Source: Hyphomicrobiaceae bacterium (lineage in GTDB: Bacteria > Pseudomonadota > Alphaproteobacteria > Rhizobiales > Hyphomicrobiaceae). From it: a stretch of DNA of 64,000 nucleotides. The stretch lies in assembly GCA_041397775.1 (NCBI GenBank), contig JAWKWB010000011.1:27257-91256 (forward strand). Direction: 5' to 3'. The translations under genes were made by a program, and so were the position numbers. Positions 10,421-22,447 of this stretch are shown piece after piece. The notes beneath the pieces were generated by a model. That model had not been told where the DNA came from and did not search any database. It worked only from the letters and a program-made list of their open reading frames with translations. How positions within the stretch are numbered: position 1 is the stretch's first letter; each line of letters opens with the position of its first letter.

Positions 10421-11360
10421 GCGCGGACCAGCGGGCAAAAAGCGATGTGGGCACGACGCGACCACCGGCCTCCTCGCGAATGACGAGTTCACCGCACTCG
10501 ATGGCGCCGGGACGATCTGCCGTCGCCTCGGCCAGGAGCTGTCCGATGGAGAGCGCCGAGGCGCGGATGGCGTAGACGGTCAGGACCAGACGCGCCCGGC
10601 CCGGCGCCAACAGCTTCACACAGTCGCGCACCAGCGCCGGAGTATGCTCGAAGGCTTCCCAGATCTCACCATCGGGGCCACGACCGAATTTCGGCGGATC
10701 GACCAGCACGACGTCATAGGTGCGGCCACGCCTCACCTCGCGTGCCACGAACTTGCGTGCATCGTCGAGGATCCAGCGGATCGGCGCGTCGGTGAGCTTG
10801 GAGGCGGCCTGGTTCTCCTTCGCCCAGGCGATGGCCTTGCGTGACGCATCGACGTGCGTCACCTCGGCCCCGGCATGGGCGGCGAGCAACGAGGCCGCGC
10901 CGGTGTAGGCAAAGAGATTGAGGACCCGGGGGCGTGGCGCATCCGGCGCGCGGGCCGGGCCTTTCACGCCTTCCAGCATCCACTCCCAATGGGGAAGCTG
11001 CTCGGGAAAGATCCCCAAATGGCGGAAGGCGCTCAGCCGCCCCACGACGGTGACGTCACGCAGCCGCATCGGCCAGCTCTGCGGCACGTCATTCTGCAGG
11101 CGCCATTTACCGGCTTCCTCGTCATCGGAGGCGGCGAAAACGGCATGCGCTCCGCGCCACGCCTCGGGCGGTCGCGACGGCATCCACAACGCCTGCGGCT
11201 CGGGCCGGTCGACCACGACCTTGCCGAACCGCTCGAGCTTGCGGCCATTGCCGCTGTCGAGCAGCCGATAGTCGGGGAAGCCGCGTGTCTCCAGCACCGT
11301 CAGCGCGGCTGGCCCGCCGGGCGATCGCTGCTTTGCGGCATGTTGATTTGTTTCGCTCAT
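10410..11360 (-). CDS. Class I SAM-dependent (rRNA large-subunit type) methyltransferase
   Basis: 316 aa. LDSGNGRKLERFG N-terminus and a LNLFAYTGAASL...VLVDPPKF SAM-binding core (RlmI/RlmK-like). Confidence 0.7.
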   Translation of the reverse strand: MSETNQHAAKQRSPGGPAALTVLETRGFPDYRLLDSGNGRKLERFGKVVVDRPEPQALWMPSRPPEAWRGAHAVFAASDDEEAGKWRLQNDVPQSWPMRLRDVTVVGRLSAFRHLGIFPEQLPHWEWMLEGVKGPARAPDAPRPRVLNLFAYTGAASLLAAHAGAEVTHVDASRKAIAWAKENQAASKLTDAPIRWILDDARKFVAREVRRGRTYDVVLVDPPKFGRGPDGEIWEAFEHTPALVRDCVKLLAPGRARLVLTVYAIRASALSIGQLLAEATADRPGAIECGELVIREEAGGRVVPTSLFARWSAHEQ

Positions 11361-11439
11361 GGCTGTGACGAATAAGCCCGCGGTATACCGCGGGCAATAG
11401 CCATCCCGCAGGGCGGGCGAAGTGCAGCGCTGCCTGCCG

Positions 11440-12405
11440 TCAGTTGCGCGCCACCAAGCCGGGGATCACCCGGATGCCGCTCTCGACGGCCGCCGCCGTG
11501 CCGCAGCAGGGGGATGCCTCGCCAGTCCTGGCCTTTCGGAAGGCCTCCGCCATGAAGTCCAGGAAGACACGCAGCCGCGGCAGCATGTGCGTAGAACCGG
11601 GATACAGCGCACAGATGGCCGTGTCGGACACCATTTCGTAATTGGCCAGCACCTGCTTGAGGCGGCCGGTCGCGATCAACGGCTCGGCGATCCGGCGCGA
11701 CAAACATCCGATCCCCAGTCCTTCCATGGCGGCTGCGACGATCATTTCCCCGCAATCCGTGCGCATGCGACCCGAGACGCGCACGGACTTCTTTGCGCCC
11801 TCCAGCTCGAACTCCCACGTCGCCGCATCGCTCAGGATGAGGCATTGGTGCTTGCTCAGGCACTCCGGCACGACTGGCGCCCCGTGCGAGCGCAGGTAGC
11901 CGGGACTTGCGACCAGTATGTTCGGGTCGGGTTGCAGGATCTTGCGGATCAAACCGCTGTTGGCGGGGGCGCCGCGCCGGATCACGACGTCATAGCCGTC
12001 GTCCTGGAGATTGATGTTGCGCCCGGTCACTTCGACCTGGACGTCGACCTCCTCGTGTCGCTGCATGAACGCTGCAATCAACTGCGGAAGCTGAACATCG
12101 CCCAGATTGCAGATCGATGCGACGCGGAGCGTACCGCGCGGCTGAACGACGCGATGATTGATCTCGGCCCGTGCCGCGTCGATCTCGACGAGGATGCGCC
12201 GCACATGCTCCAAGAGCCGCTGGCCCTCTTCGGTGATGCGGATCGAGCGCGTATTGCGTTCGAAGAGCTTGGCGCCGAAATCATTTTCAAGGGCTTGGAT
12301 TCGCTTTGAAATCGTTCCGGGGGTCAGGTTCAGTTCACTCCCGACCAACGAGAGATTCTGAACAGCCGCGACGCGCGCGAAAATGCGCATGTCCTGGACG
12401 TCCAT
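11440..12405 (-). CDS. LysR family transcriptional regulator
   Basis: N-terminal wHTH MDVQDMRIFARVAAVQNLSLVGSELNLTPGTISKRIQALE followed by a substrate-binding domain. Confidence 0.9.
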   Translation of the reverse strand: MDVQDMRIFARVAAVQNLSLVGSELNLTPGTISKRIQALENDFGAKLFERNTRSIRITEEGQRLLEHVRRILVEIDAARAEINHRVVQPRGTLRVASICNLGDVQLPQLIAAFMQRHEEVDVQVEVTGRNINLQDDGYDVVIRRGAPANSGLIRKILQPDPNILVASPGYLRSHGAPVVPECLSKHQCLILSDAATWEFELEGAKKSVRVSGRMRTDCGEMIVAAAMEGLGIGCLSRRIAEPLIATGRLKQVLANYEMVSDTAICALYPGSTHMLPRLRVFLDFMAEAFRKARTGEASPCCGTAAAVESGIRVIPGLVARN

Positions 12406-12459
12406 TGCAAACTCCTTGTGGAGACCAAGATGCCCTCACGGAGCATCGTGTGGCCATGC

Positions 12460-12475
12460 ATCACAAATGTGTGAT
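12460..12475. promoter_or_regulatory. Inverted repeat ATCACA-N4-TGTGAT upstream of the LysR gene (possible autoregulatory operator)
   Basis: Perfect 6-bp arms, 55 nt upstream of the LysR ATG. A separate 10-bp-stem hairpin lies at 12492-12519. Confidence 0.3.
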
Positions 12476-12672
12476 CGTTAAGGTATACGTTCATAGCCGC
12501 TCCGTAAACAGCGGCTATGTATAATCTTGCATTGAATTGCAGCAATTTGTGCCAAGGACTAGAAAAACACCGTACGCATTCTTAAGTAGTGCGTCGCTTC
12601 GAGACAATTCTTGCTTCAATCCGACACCGAACGGCTGGCGGCCGGTCAGCTTACCAAAGCTATTACTCCCGT

Positions 12673-15354
<2,682 letters not shown>

Positions 15355-15430
15355 CTAAACACCTTAGCACGCCGCGGCTAAAAAAACGCAAGGATCGGAA
15401 GCAGATACCGTTCACTTTGACTTGCGCCTC

Positions 15431-15506
15431 GTATAGCGCATCTGACGTTTGATAGCCGCTCGCGGCTAGGTCCGTAACCAAACGTCAGATGCAAAAGCGA
15501 CACGAG
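15431..15506. repeat. Degenerate copy of palindromic repeat family A
   Basis: gtatagcgcatctgacgtttgatagccgctcgcggctaggtccgtaaccaaacgtcagatgcaaaagcgacacgag. Confidence 0.75.
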
Positions 15507-15519
15507 AGACAATTGGTTC

Positions 15520-15596
15520 CTAGCGTTCCTCATGGTTCCGACATTTGCTCTCGGACATCCGGCAAAGGCATGCAAATGTCGGAGCCGGAACGCTAG
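15520..15596. repeat. Palindromic repeat family B' (variant of B)
   Basis: ctagcgttcctcatggttccgacatttgc...gcaaatgtcggagccggaacgctag. Reverse-complement match to 32767-32843. Lies 13 bp from the family A copy, as at the other composite loci. Confidence 0.85.
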
Positions 15597-15657
15597 AATT
15601 CGCCCCAACTTGAGGCCGAAACGAGGCAACGCCCATTGCCCGCAGCAGGAGGAGCCG

Positions 15658-17115
15658 ATGACCATCTCTCTCAAGGAGTATTCCGCGCTCGATGGACTGG
15701 GTGTCGCCGCCCTCATCGCCAAGGGCGACTTGAGTGCACGGGAGGCGGCGACCACCGCAGCGCGGGCCATCGCGGCGGTCAATCCGGAGGTCAATGCCGT
15801 CGTCGAGACCTATGGCGACCGCATCGAAGGGCTCGACGAGGGTAGCCTGGGCACGGGACCATTCCGCGGCGTGCCGTTCCTCATGAAGGACGTGTTCGGC
15901 CACGAAGGCGGACGCAAGATAGAGCTGGGCAGCCGGCTGTGCGCAGACATGGTGGCGGACCAGGACAGCCATTTCTGTACGTTGCTCAAGGCTGCCGGCG
16001 TCAACATCATCGGGCGCTCGGCAGCACCGGAATACTCGATGGCCGGCTCGACCGAGGGCGCCCTCTACGGCAATACGTCCAACCCCTGGAAGAAGGGCTA
16101 CTCGGCCGGTGGCTCGACTGGCGGGGGGCAGGCAGCCGTGACATCCGGCATGGTGCCGATCGCGCACGGCTCGGATATCGGCGGCTCGATCCGCATCCCC
16201 GCGAGCTGGTGTGGCGGCGTCGGCCTGAAACCGTCGCGTGGACGCATCTCGTTCGGTCCGGCAGTCGACGAGAACGGCTTCGGGCTGGCGATGAACTTCA
16301 TGCAGGCGAAGTCCGTGCGCGATGCGGCCGCCATGCTGGACTGCCTCGCGATCCCGCAGCCCGGCGACCCGTTCCTGATCCCGAAGCCCGATCGGCCCTA
16401 CGCCGAGATCGCGAAGGCGCCGGCCAAGCCGCTCAAGATCGGCATGACGCTGAAGCCGCTGCTGGGCGTGGCCGTCGATCCCGAGGTTGCTGAGGCGGTC
16501 AAGGCGACGGCCAGGACGCTGGCCGACATGGGCCACGAGGTCGTCGTGCACGATCCGCAACTCGATGGCGGCATCGAGCGGCTGAAGAAATTCATGGACG
16601 TCTGGTTCTTCGGTTTCGACGCGCGCCTAGCCGGTTACGCGCAAAAGACCGGGCGCAGCATCGGGCCCGATACGCTGGAGCCCGTCGTCTACAAGATCTA
16701 CGAGCATGCCTGCCGGCTCAAGGCCGCGGATTTCTTCGCCGCCATCGCCGAGGTCAACGCCATGCGCCGGCAACTGGGCGCGTTCTATTCGACTTGCGAC
16801 ATCTGGCTGTCGCCGATGACCCCGCGCGTGGCGGAACCGTGGGGCAACTACAATCTCGGGCGCAGCGATGTGACGATGGACGAGGTGGCCGAGAAACTCT
16901 ACGCCGTCCCCTGCCAGTACTCCGTGCCGCACAACATCATGGGCACGCCTGCGATCTCGCTACCTCTGGCGCAGCATTCGAGCGGACTGCCCATCGGCGT
17001 GCAGCTCGCGGGCCGTCCCGCCAGCGAACACCTGCTTCTGCAGCTCGCCACGTCGCTGGAGCAGGCGATGCCCTGGGCCGCCCGGGTGCCACCGATGCAT
17101 GCGTCGCATCACTGA
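15658..17115 (+). CDS. Amidase (amidase-signature family)
   Basis: GGSTGG/GSDIGGSIRIP amidase-signature motifs. Start moved to the ATG at 15658, preceded by aggagg; the upstream extension is a translated repeat. Confidence 0.85.
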   Translation: MTISLKEYSALDGLGVAALIAKGDLSAREAATTAARAIAAVNPEVNAVVETYGDRIEGLDEGSLGTGPFRGVPFLMKDVFGHEGGRKIELGSRLCADMVADQDSHFCTLLKAAGVNIIGRSAAPEYSMAGSTEGALYGNTSNPWKKGYSAGGSTGGGQAAVTSGMVPIAHGSDIGGSIRIPASWCGGVGLKPSRGRISFGPAVDENGFGLAMNFMQAKSVRDAAAMLDCLAIPQPGDPFLIPKPDRPYAEIAKAPAKPLKIGMTLKPLLGVAVDPEVAEAVKATARTLADMGHEVVVHDPQLDGGIERLKKFMDVWFFGFDARLAGYAQKTGRSIGPDTLEPVVYKIYEHACRLKAADFFAAIAEVNAMRRQLGAFYSTCDIWLSPMTPRVAEPWGNYNLGRSDVTMDEVAEKLYAVPCQYSVPHNIMGTPAISLPLAQHSSGLPIGVQLAGRPASEHLLLQLATSLEQAMPWAARVPPMHASHH

Positions 17116-17214
17116 CCGGCCGCATCGCACCAGCCGATCGACCTTCACACGCGGGGCCGCGCGCAAGTGCGGCCTCGTCGATTCAAGCGCATCCGGCCGG
17201 GAACGATCCGATCC

Positions 17215-18168
17215 ATGCTGCACATCCTCCTGCTGATCACCCCGGTCTTCAGCCTCATCGCCATCGGATTTCTCGCCGCCAAGACGCGCTACACCAGCGA
17301 CGGCGCCGGCCGGATCGTCAGCGAGGTCGGCTACAAGGTGGCCATGCCCGCCCTGTTGTTCCGGGCCATGCTGGGGGTCGGGGATACGCCGGTGTCGCCC
17401 CTGCTGCTGATCGCCTGCTACTTCTGCGGCATCGCCTTCTGCTGGCTCGCGACGGCACTCCTGGCGGGCCTCGTTCTGCGGCGGACCCGGGAAGACGCCG
17501 CCTCGATCGCCATGGGCGCCTGTTTCAGCAATGGCGTCATGCTGGGCTTTCCCATCATCATCCAGTCCTTCGGACCCGACGCCGCGACGCCCATTGCATT
17601 CCTGGCGACGTGCGAAACGCTGTTCCTTTGGCTGATGGGCACATTTCACATGCAGCTGGTGCGGCAGGATCGCGACAAGAGCCTTGTCGCAGCCGTCGGA
17701 GACGTCTTCGTCGAGGTTGCGCGCAACCCACTCGTGGTCGCCATGGGCGCCGGTCTCACCTGCCGCTATCTCGGCTTGACGGTGCCCGAGCTGCCGATGC
17801 AGATCATCTCCATCGTCGCCCAGGCCGCGGTGCCGGTTTCGCTCATCGGTTTGGGCATGGCGCTGGCCGGGTATTCGATCGCGGGACAGGCCCCCACGAT
17901 CAGCGTCATTCTCGCGATGAAAATGGTGATTTATCCAGCGGCGGCCTTCGCCCTCGCGACATTCGTTTTCAAATTGCCGCCGGTGTGGGCGGGCGCACTG
18001 GTGACTTATGTCTCGATGCCGGTCGGCGCGAACGCATTTCTTTTTGCCAGCCGTTACGACCGTGCCGTCGCCTCGGTTTCGGCGGCGGTGGCCATTTCCA
18101 CGGCCATTTCGGTCTTCACCGTCACAGTGATGCTGACACTTCTGAAGAATGCCGGCATCGCCGTTTGA
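17215..18168 (+). CDS. AEC (auxin efflux carrier) family transporter
   Basis: About 10-TM protein beginning MLHILLLITPVFSLIAIGF, typical of the AEC family. Start moved to the ATG at 17215. Confidence 0.75.
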   Translation: MLHILLLITPVFSLIAIGFLAAKTRYTSDGAGRIVSEVGYKVAMPALLFRAMLGVGDTPVSPLLLIACYFCGIAFCWLATALLAGLVLRRTREDAASIAMGACFSNGVMLGFPIIIQSFGPDAATPIAFLATCETLFLWLMGTFHMQLVRQDRDKSLVAAVGDVFVEVARNPLVVAMGAGLTCRYLGLTVPELPMQIISIVAQAAVPVSLIGLGMALAGYSIAGQAPTISVILAMKMVIYPAAAFALATFVFKLPPVWAGALVTYVSMPVGANAFLFASRYDRAVASVSAAVAISTAISVFTVTVMLTLLKNAGIAV

Positions 18169-18179
18169 GGGTCGTCAGC

Positions 18180-18602
18180 TCAGCCGACGGCGCGCACGTG
18201 CGGTTCTGCCGTGTTTCGGATGCGCGCGGCCAACATTGCCGTGGTCGGCTCGAGGATGCCGGATACGTCGTCGAAGATGTTGTCGATCGAAAACTCGGCG
18301 ACTTCGAGCTGCGTGCGAGCGGCGGCATGCAATGTCTTGGCGCGCCCTACGCCGCGGCAGAACGCAATGATGATCTCTACCAGACGCATCCATTGAGCGG
18401 CCAGGCTCAGGCGCTCCGCCGGGACGGCGACGGGCCGCGCTGCAATACCGGAAACGGCGTCGCATTCGACGAGGCTGCTTTTCTTGCGATCTGCCACGTC
18501 GGTGGTGCGCCATTCAATTTCGGCAATAGGCGTCGCCCGAGCATTTGCACGTTGCCAGGTCCGCTCGATTCTGTTTTCCCGAAATTGTGCCATCAAAGCC
18601 AT
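18180..18602 (-). CDS. Hypothetical protein (no recognisable family)
   Basis: 140-aa ORF from the ATG at 18602 (the ORF-track start at 18614 is a TTG), with aaggcggg upstream. Lies in a stretch that looks lower in GC than its surroundings. No motifs recognised. Confidence 0.45.
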   Translation of the reverse strand: MALMAQFRENRIERTWQRANARATPIAEIEWRTTDVADRKKSSLVECDAVSGIAARPVAVPAERLSLAAQWMRLVEIIIAFCRGVGRAKTLHAAARTQLEVAEFSIDNIFDDVSGILEPTTAMLAARIRNTAEPHVRAVG

Positions 18603-18762
18603 CCCGCCTTTCAATTTCGGAATTGCTCAGTTTGCGTCGCAGCGCAAGTCCACAGATTAAATTTTCTGCAAGCGCAAGGTGGAATGCATTAGACTTGAGT
18701 CATAAATGACACGTCAAACGACATATCTGCGCATTTCGGCGAAGCGCTGCCGTCCATATCCT

Positions 18763-18803
18763 ACACAAAACAAAGGCCGCGGCTCCCAGAGAGAACCGCG
18801 GCC
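18763..18803 (-). terminator. Rho-independent terminator after the Lys/Ala-rich protein gene
   Basis: On the minus strand: GGCCGCGG-13 nt-CCGCGGCC followed by TTTGTTTTGT. Confidence 0.7.
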
Positions 18804-18848
18804 CCGTGATCGCGCCGGCCGGCAATATGCCGGCCTGGACAATAAATA

Positions 18849-19229
18849 TTACTGCTTCTTGGCGGCGGGGGCTGCCTTCGGCGCAGCCGCCTTGGGGGCG
18901 CCAACCTTCTTGGCGACCGGAGGCTTCGGCTTCTTCTGGCAGTGCGCCTTGCGCTTCTGGCCCTTCTTGGTGGTCACTTCCTTGAACCAGGTGCATTCGG
19001 CGTTGGCCGCGCACGCATCCTGAGTGATGCCGGCGCAGGCGGAAGGCGTGCGCTTGGGCTTCTTCGCAGCCGTTGCCTTCTTGGCTGCTGGAGCTGCCTT
19101 CTTGGCCGCCGGGGCGGCCTGCTTGGCTGGCGCATCCGGCGCCTTCTGTTGCGCGCTAGCAACGCCGCCTACGAGCACAAGCGACAACGCAGCTGCACAA
19201 GCCGTCAAACCCCAACGGATTTTCTTCAT
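18849..19229 (-). CDS. Secreted Lys/Ala/Pro-rich small protein with a 4-Cys core
   Basis: Signal peptide MKKIRWGLTACAAALSLVLVGGVASA, AAKK/PAAKK low-complexity arms, and central C-x7-C-x5-C-x18-C. ATG at 19229 preferred over the TTG at 19247. Confidence 0.6.
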   Translation of the reverse strand: MKKIRWGLTACAAALSLVLVGGVASAQQKAPDAPAKQAAPAAKKAAPAAKKATAAKKPKRTPSACAGITQDACAANAECTWFKEVTTKKGQKRKAHCQKKPKPPVAKKVGAPKAAAPKAAPAAKKQ

Positions 19230-19661
19230 CACGGCAGTCATCTCCAATGGTTGATGCCATGCGGCAGTATATCACCCGCGTCAGCGTCAAAAACACGGCA
19301 TTGTGATGAATAGTTGTTCAAAACATCTGGTTCGATCTTGCCAAAGGTTGGCTCGACATTTGGCGGCCGACTCGATGACCGCGCCCCTCGATGCTTCGTC
19401 CATTCCTACCTGCCGCATGCCCTCGGCACGGACGGAATTTCTGATTTTTATTCCGTATTTTCAGATTGTTATGGATTTTCGTCAGCGGGCCTCGCCGATG
19501 AACCGCGGTAGGCCCGGGCGACGGAACTCCTCGCCCCGGCGGCTGGGCTGCGCAGGCGCACCGCACAACATAGAGAAAGTATTGTGACGTTTTCGTCACA
19601 GCAAACGGACGCCACGATCAGACCACTGATTCGCCTTCATTGCGACGGCCGCATGCGGCGA

Positions 19662-20453
19662 TCACCTGCCGGAGAACCGCGGCTTGCGCTTCTCCATGAA
19701 GGCGCGCTGGCCCTCCTTGAAGTCGTCGCTGGCAAAGCAGGCCTGTGCGAGAACGTCGAGGGCCTCCAGGTCCACGCTTTCGGGACGAGCGGCCAACTGA
19801 TCGACGGCCGCCTTGGCCGCCCGGATGGACAGCGGTGCGTTCGCCGCGATCTCGTCCGCGAGCCCGACGGTGGCTTCGCGCAGCGCAGCGCTGGCGACGA
19901 CGCGGTTGACCATGCCCATCGCCAGCGCCTGCTCTGCGCCATAGCGCCCGCCAGTGAACAGCATTTCCTTGGCCCGGGCGGGCGTCATGACCTGCAGCAT
20001 CGGGCGGATCCAGCGCGGATTGTAGCCGAGCGACAGCTTGGCGGCCGGGATCGAGAAGACCGCCTCGTCATTCGCCACCCGCATGTCGCATGACAAGGCC
20101 AGCACGCTGGCGCCGCCGAAGCAGTAGCCGCGCACCATGGCGATGGTGGGCTTGGTGCAGGCGGAGATGGCCACATAGGCCGCATCGTTGATCTCGTCGT
20201 ATTCACGCGCGGCAGCGCCGGTGCGGTTGGTGCCGAACTCCGAGATGTCGGCGCCGGCCGAGAAGGCCTTTTCGCCCGCCCCCCGGAAAATGACCACCCG
20301 GATGGCGGGATCGGCGTCCGCCTCCGCCACGAGTCGTGGCACGGCCGCCCACATGTCGCGCGTGAATGCGTTCATGCGGCTCTCGTTGCGGATCTCGATC
20401 CAGCGGATCGCGCCCTGGGTCTCGGCGACGAGGGCGGCTGCCTTGTCTGACAT
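19662..20453 (-). CDS. Enoyl-CoA hydratase/isomerase family protein
   Basis: Crotonase fold motifs (FRGAGEKAFSAGADISEF, GYCFGGA). Paralog of 51600-52394. Confidence 0.85.
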   Translation of the reverse strand: MSDKAAALVAETQGAIRWIEIRNESRMNAFTRDMWAAVPRLVAEADADPAIRVVIFRGAGEKAFSAGADISEFGTNRTGAAAREYDEINDAAYVAISACTKPTIAMVRGYCFGGASVLALSCDMRVANDEAVFSIPAAKLSLGYNPRWIRPMLQVMTPARAKEMLFTGGRYGAEQALAMGMVNRVVASAALREATVGLADEIAANAPLSIRAAKAAVDQLAARPESVDLEALDVLAQACFASDDFKEGQRAFMEKRKPRFSGR

Positions 20454-20741
20454 ATGGTGCCTTCATATCTCTATGAACATCCCGGCAACCAACGCGCGTG
20501 CGCGCCGGTTTCAGGATTGATTGAATTGCGGTAGCGTTGTAGCGGGACAGGCCGACACTTCAAGCTCCCACGCGCGCCGTGTGTCGGTGGCCGCCCATCG
20601 CGCCGGCCGGCGGGGCCAGATCGAGGATGCCCGCTCGGGGCAGCGGCGTGCGCATCACGCAGTGCTGACTTGCGCAGTGCCGTGACTGGGCATTTATATG
20701 CGGACCGTCAACTGCGGGCCCATGGCAAGGAGTAGCGAACG

Positions 20742-21590
20742 ATGACTGCTGCAAGCATCCAGACGCCGCGCCGGAACATCGAAACGCTCGACCCGATCTG
20801 GGAGGCTGTCCGGCGCGAGGCGCAGGACGTGGTCGCTTCCGAGCCTGCACTCGGCGGCTTCATCTACGCCACGATCCTTTCGCACGACCGCCTCGAGGAC
20901 GCCGTGTGCCACCGGCTGGCCCAGCGCCTCAATCATTCCGACGTCGATGCGGGCCTGATCGGACAGACGTTCGCGGACGTGCTGCGCAGCAAGCCGGAGC
21001 TGGGTACGGCCTTCCGCGCCGACCTGGCCGCGGTGTTCGACCGCGATCCCGCCTGCTTCCGCTATCTGGAACCCCTGCTCTATTTCAAGGGCTTCCACGC
21101 CCTGGTGACGTACCGGTTCGCGCACATCCTCTGGAACGAGGGGCGCCGTGACTTCGCACTCTATCTGCAAAGCCAGAGCTCGCGGATCTTCGCCGTGGAC
21201 ATCCACCCGGCGACGCGGATGGGGATCGGCATCATGCTCGACCACGGCACGGGTCTCGTCATCGGCGAGACGGCGGTGGTCGGCGACAATTGCTCGATCC
21301 TGCAGAACGTGACGCTCGGTGGCAATGGCAAGGAAACAGGCGACCGGCATCCCAAGATCGGGCGCAACGTGCTACTGGCTGCAGGCGCCAAGGTCCTCGG
21401 CAACATCGAGGTCGGCGACTGCTCGAAGGTCGCCGCCGGTTCCGTCGTCCTGAAGGACGTGCCATCGAACAAGACGGTGGCCGGCGTGCCGGCCAAGATC
21501 GTCGGCGACTCGAATTGCCCGGAGCCGGCCCGATCGATGGACCAGCGGCTGTCTCCGGACGACTGCGGCTGCAATTGCGGCGATTGCTGA
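20742..21590 (+). CDS. cysE: Serine O-acetyltransferase
   Basis: SATase N-terminal domain plus hexapeptide repeats (DIHPATRMGIGIMLDHGTGLVIGETAVVGDNCSILQNVTLGG). aaggag RBS. Confidence 0.9.
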   Translation: MTAASIQTPRRNIETLDPIWEAVRREAQDVVASEPALGGFIYATILSHDRLEDAVCHRLAQRLNHSDVDAGLIGQTFADVLRSKPELGTAFRADLAAVFDRDPACFRYLEPLLYFKGFHALVTYRFAHILWNEGRRDFALYLQSQSSRIFAVDIHPATRMGIGIMLDHGTGLVIGETAVVGDNCSILQNVTLGGNGKETGDRHPKIGRNVLLAAGAKVLGNIEVGDCSKVAAGSVVLKDVPSNKTVAGVPAKIVGDSNCPEPARSMDQRLSPDDCGCNCGDC

Positions 21591-21633
21591 CCGCTAAGGG
21601 CGGCAGCGCAAACGACAAGAGAAGGACACCTCA

Positions 21634-21861
21634 GTGGCGAAAGTCGACCAGATCAAGCCGGACGAGTTGAAACGCATCGAAGCGTTCATGCGCAAGACGT
21701 TCGGCGCCAAGTCACTGGAGGTGCGTGGCCGTCAGAAGGCAGCGGATGCCGCCGAGGTGTATCTGGGCGGGGAGTTCCTCGGCGTGCTGTCCAAGGACAC
21801 CGAGGACGGCGAGGTCTGCTATCAGTTCAACATGACCATTCTGGATATCGATCTCGAATAG
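21634..21861 (+). CDS. DUF3126 family protein
   Basis: 75 aa, GTG start. A cysE-adjacent small protein typical of alphaproteobacteria (LEVRGRQKAADAAEVYLGGEFLGVL). Confidence 0.7.
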   Translation: MAKVDQIKPDELKRIEAFMRKTFGAKSLEVRGRQKAADAAEVYLGGEFLGVLSKDTEDGEVCYQFNMTILDIDLE

Positions 21862-21894
21862 GCACTGTGCCTGATTTCTCAGAGGATTGGTGGC

Positions 21895-22428
21895 ATGGCG
21901 CTCTATGAGCTCGACGGCCGGCGGGTGATCACGCCCGGCGCCGGCAAGTATTGGGTCGCACCGAATGCGACCGTGATCGGCCAGGTGACGCTGGCCGACG
22001 ACGTCAGCGTCTGGTTCAACGCGGTGATCCGCGGCGACAACGAGCCGATCCGCATCGGCGCGCGCTCGAATGTCCAGGAAGGCTGCGTGCTGCACGTGGA
22101 TCCGGGCTTCCCCATGACGATCGGAGAAGACACGACGGTGGGGCACATGGCGATGTTGCACGGCTGCACGATCGGCAACGGCGTGTTGATCGGCATCGGC
22201 GCCATCGTGCTCAACGGCGCACAGGTCGGCGACGGCTCCCTGATCGGGGCGGGCTCGCTGATCCCCGAAGGCAAGGTCATCCCGCCCAACTCTGTGGTGT
22301 TCGGCACCCCCGGCAAGGTCGTGCGCGAGGTTTCCGAAAAGGATCGCGCACGCATTCTCGAAGGGTCGGAAGACTACAACATGCGTTGGAAATACTACGC
22401 CCGGGCCTTCAAGCCCCAGCCTGAGTAG
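21895..22428 (+). CDS. Gamma-class carbonic anhydrase family (hexapeptide repeat) protein
   Basis: 177 aa. WVAPNATVIGQVTLADDVSVWFNAVIRGD...GCVLH and HMAMLHGCTIG motifs. Confidence 0.85.
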   Translation: MALYELDGRRVITPGAGKYWVAPNATVIGQVTLADDVSVWFNAVIRGDNEPIRIGARSNVQEGCVLHVDPGFPMTIGEDTTVGHMAMLHGCTIGNGVLIGIGAIVLNGAQVGDGSLIGAGSLIPEGKVIPPNSVVFGTPGKVVREVSEKDRARILEGSEDYNMRWKYYARAFKPQPE

Positions 22429-22447
22429 GCAGCGCGCTGGTCTGGCA

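Noticed and set aside
19303-19599. ORFs of 93-94 aa in the AT-richer intergenic region, plus a ggttcgatc T-loop-like string near 19330
   Set aside because: The ORFs have no RBS, odd composition and overlap each other on opposite strands. The T-loop-like string has no acceptor or anticodon stems around it, so it is not a tRNA.
19583-19600. CRP/cAMP receptor binding site
   Set aside because: The half-sites match TGTGA/TCACA, but the spacer is 8 nt rather than 6. It is kept only as a generic palindrome finding.
20505-20535. FNR/FixK-like half-match TTGATtgaaTTGCG between the enoyl-CoA hydratase gene and cysE
   Set aside because: The second half-site does not match ATCAA. This contrasts with the perfect box at 42587-42600.
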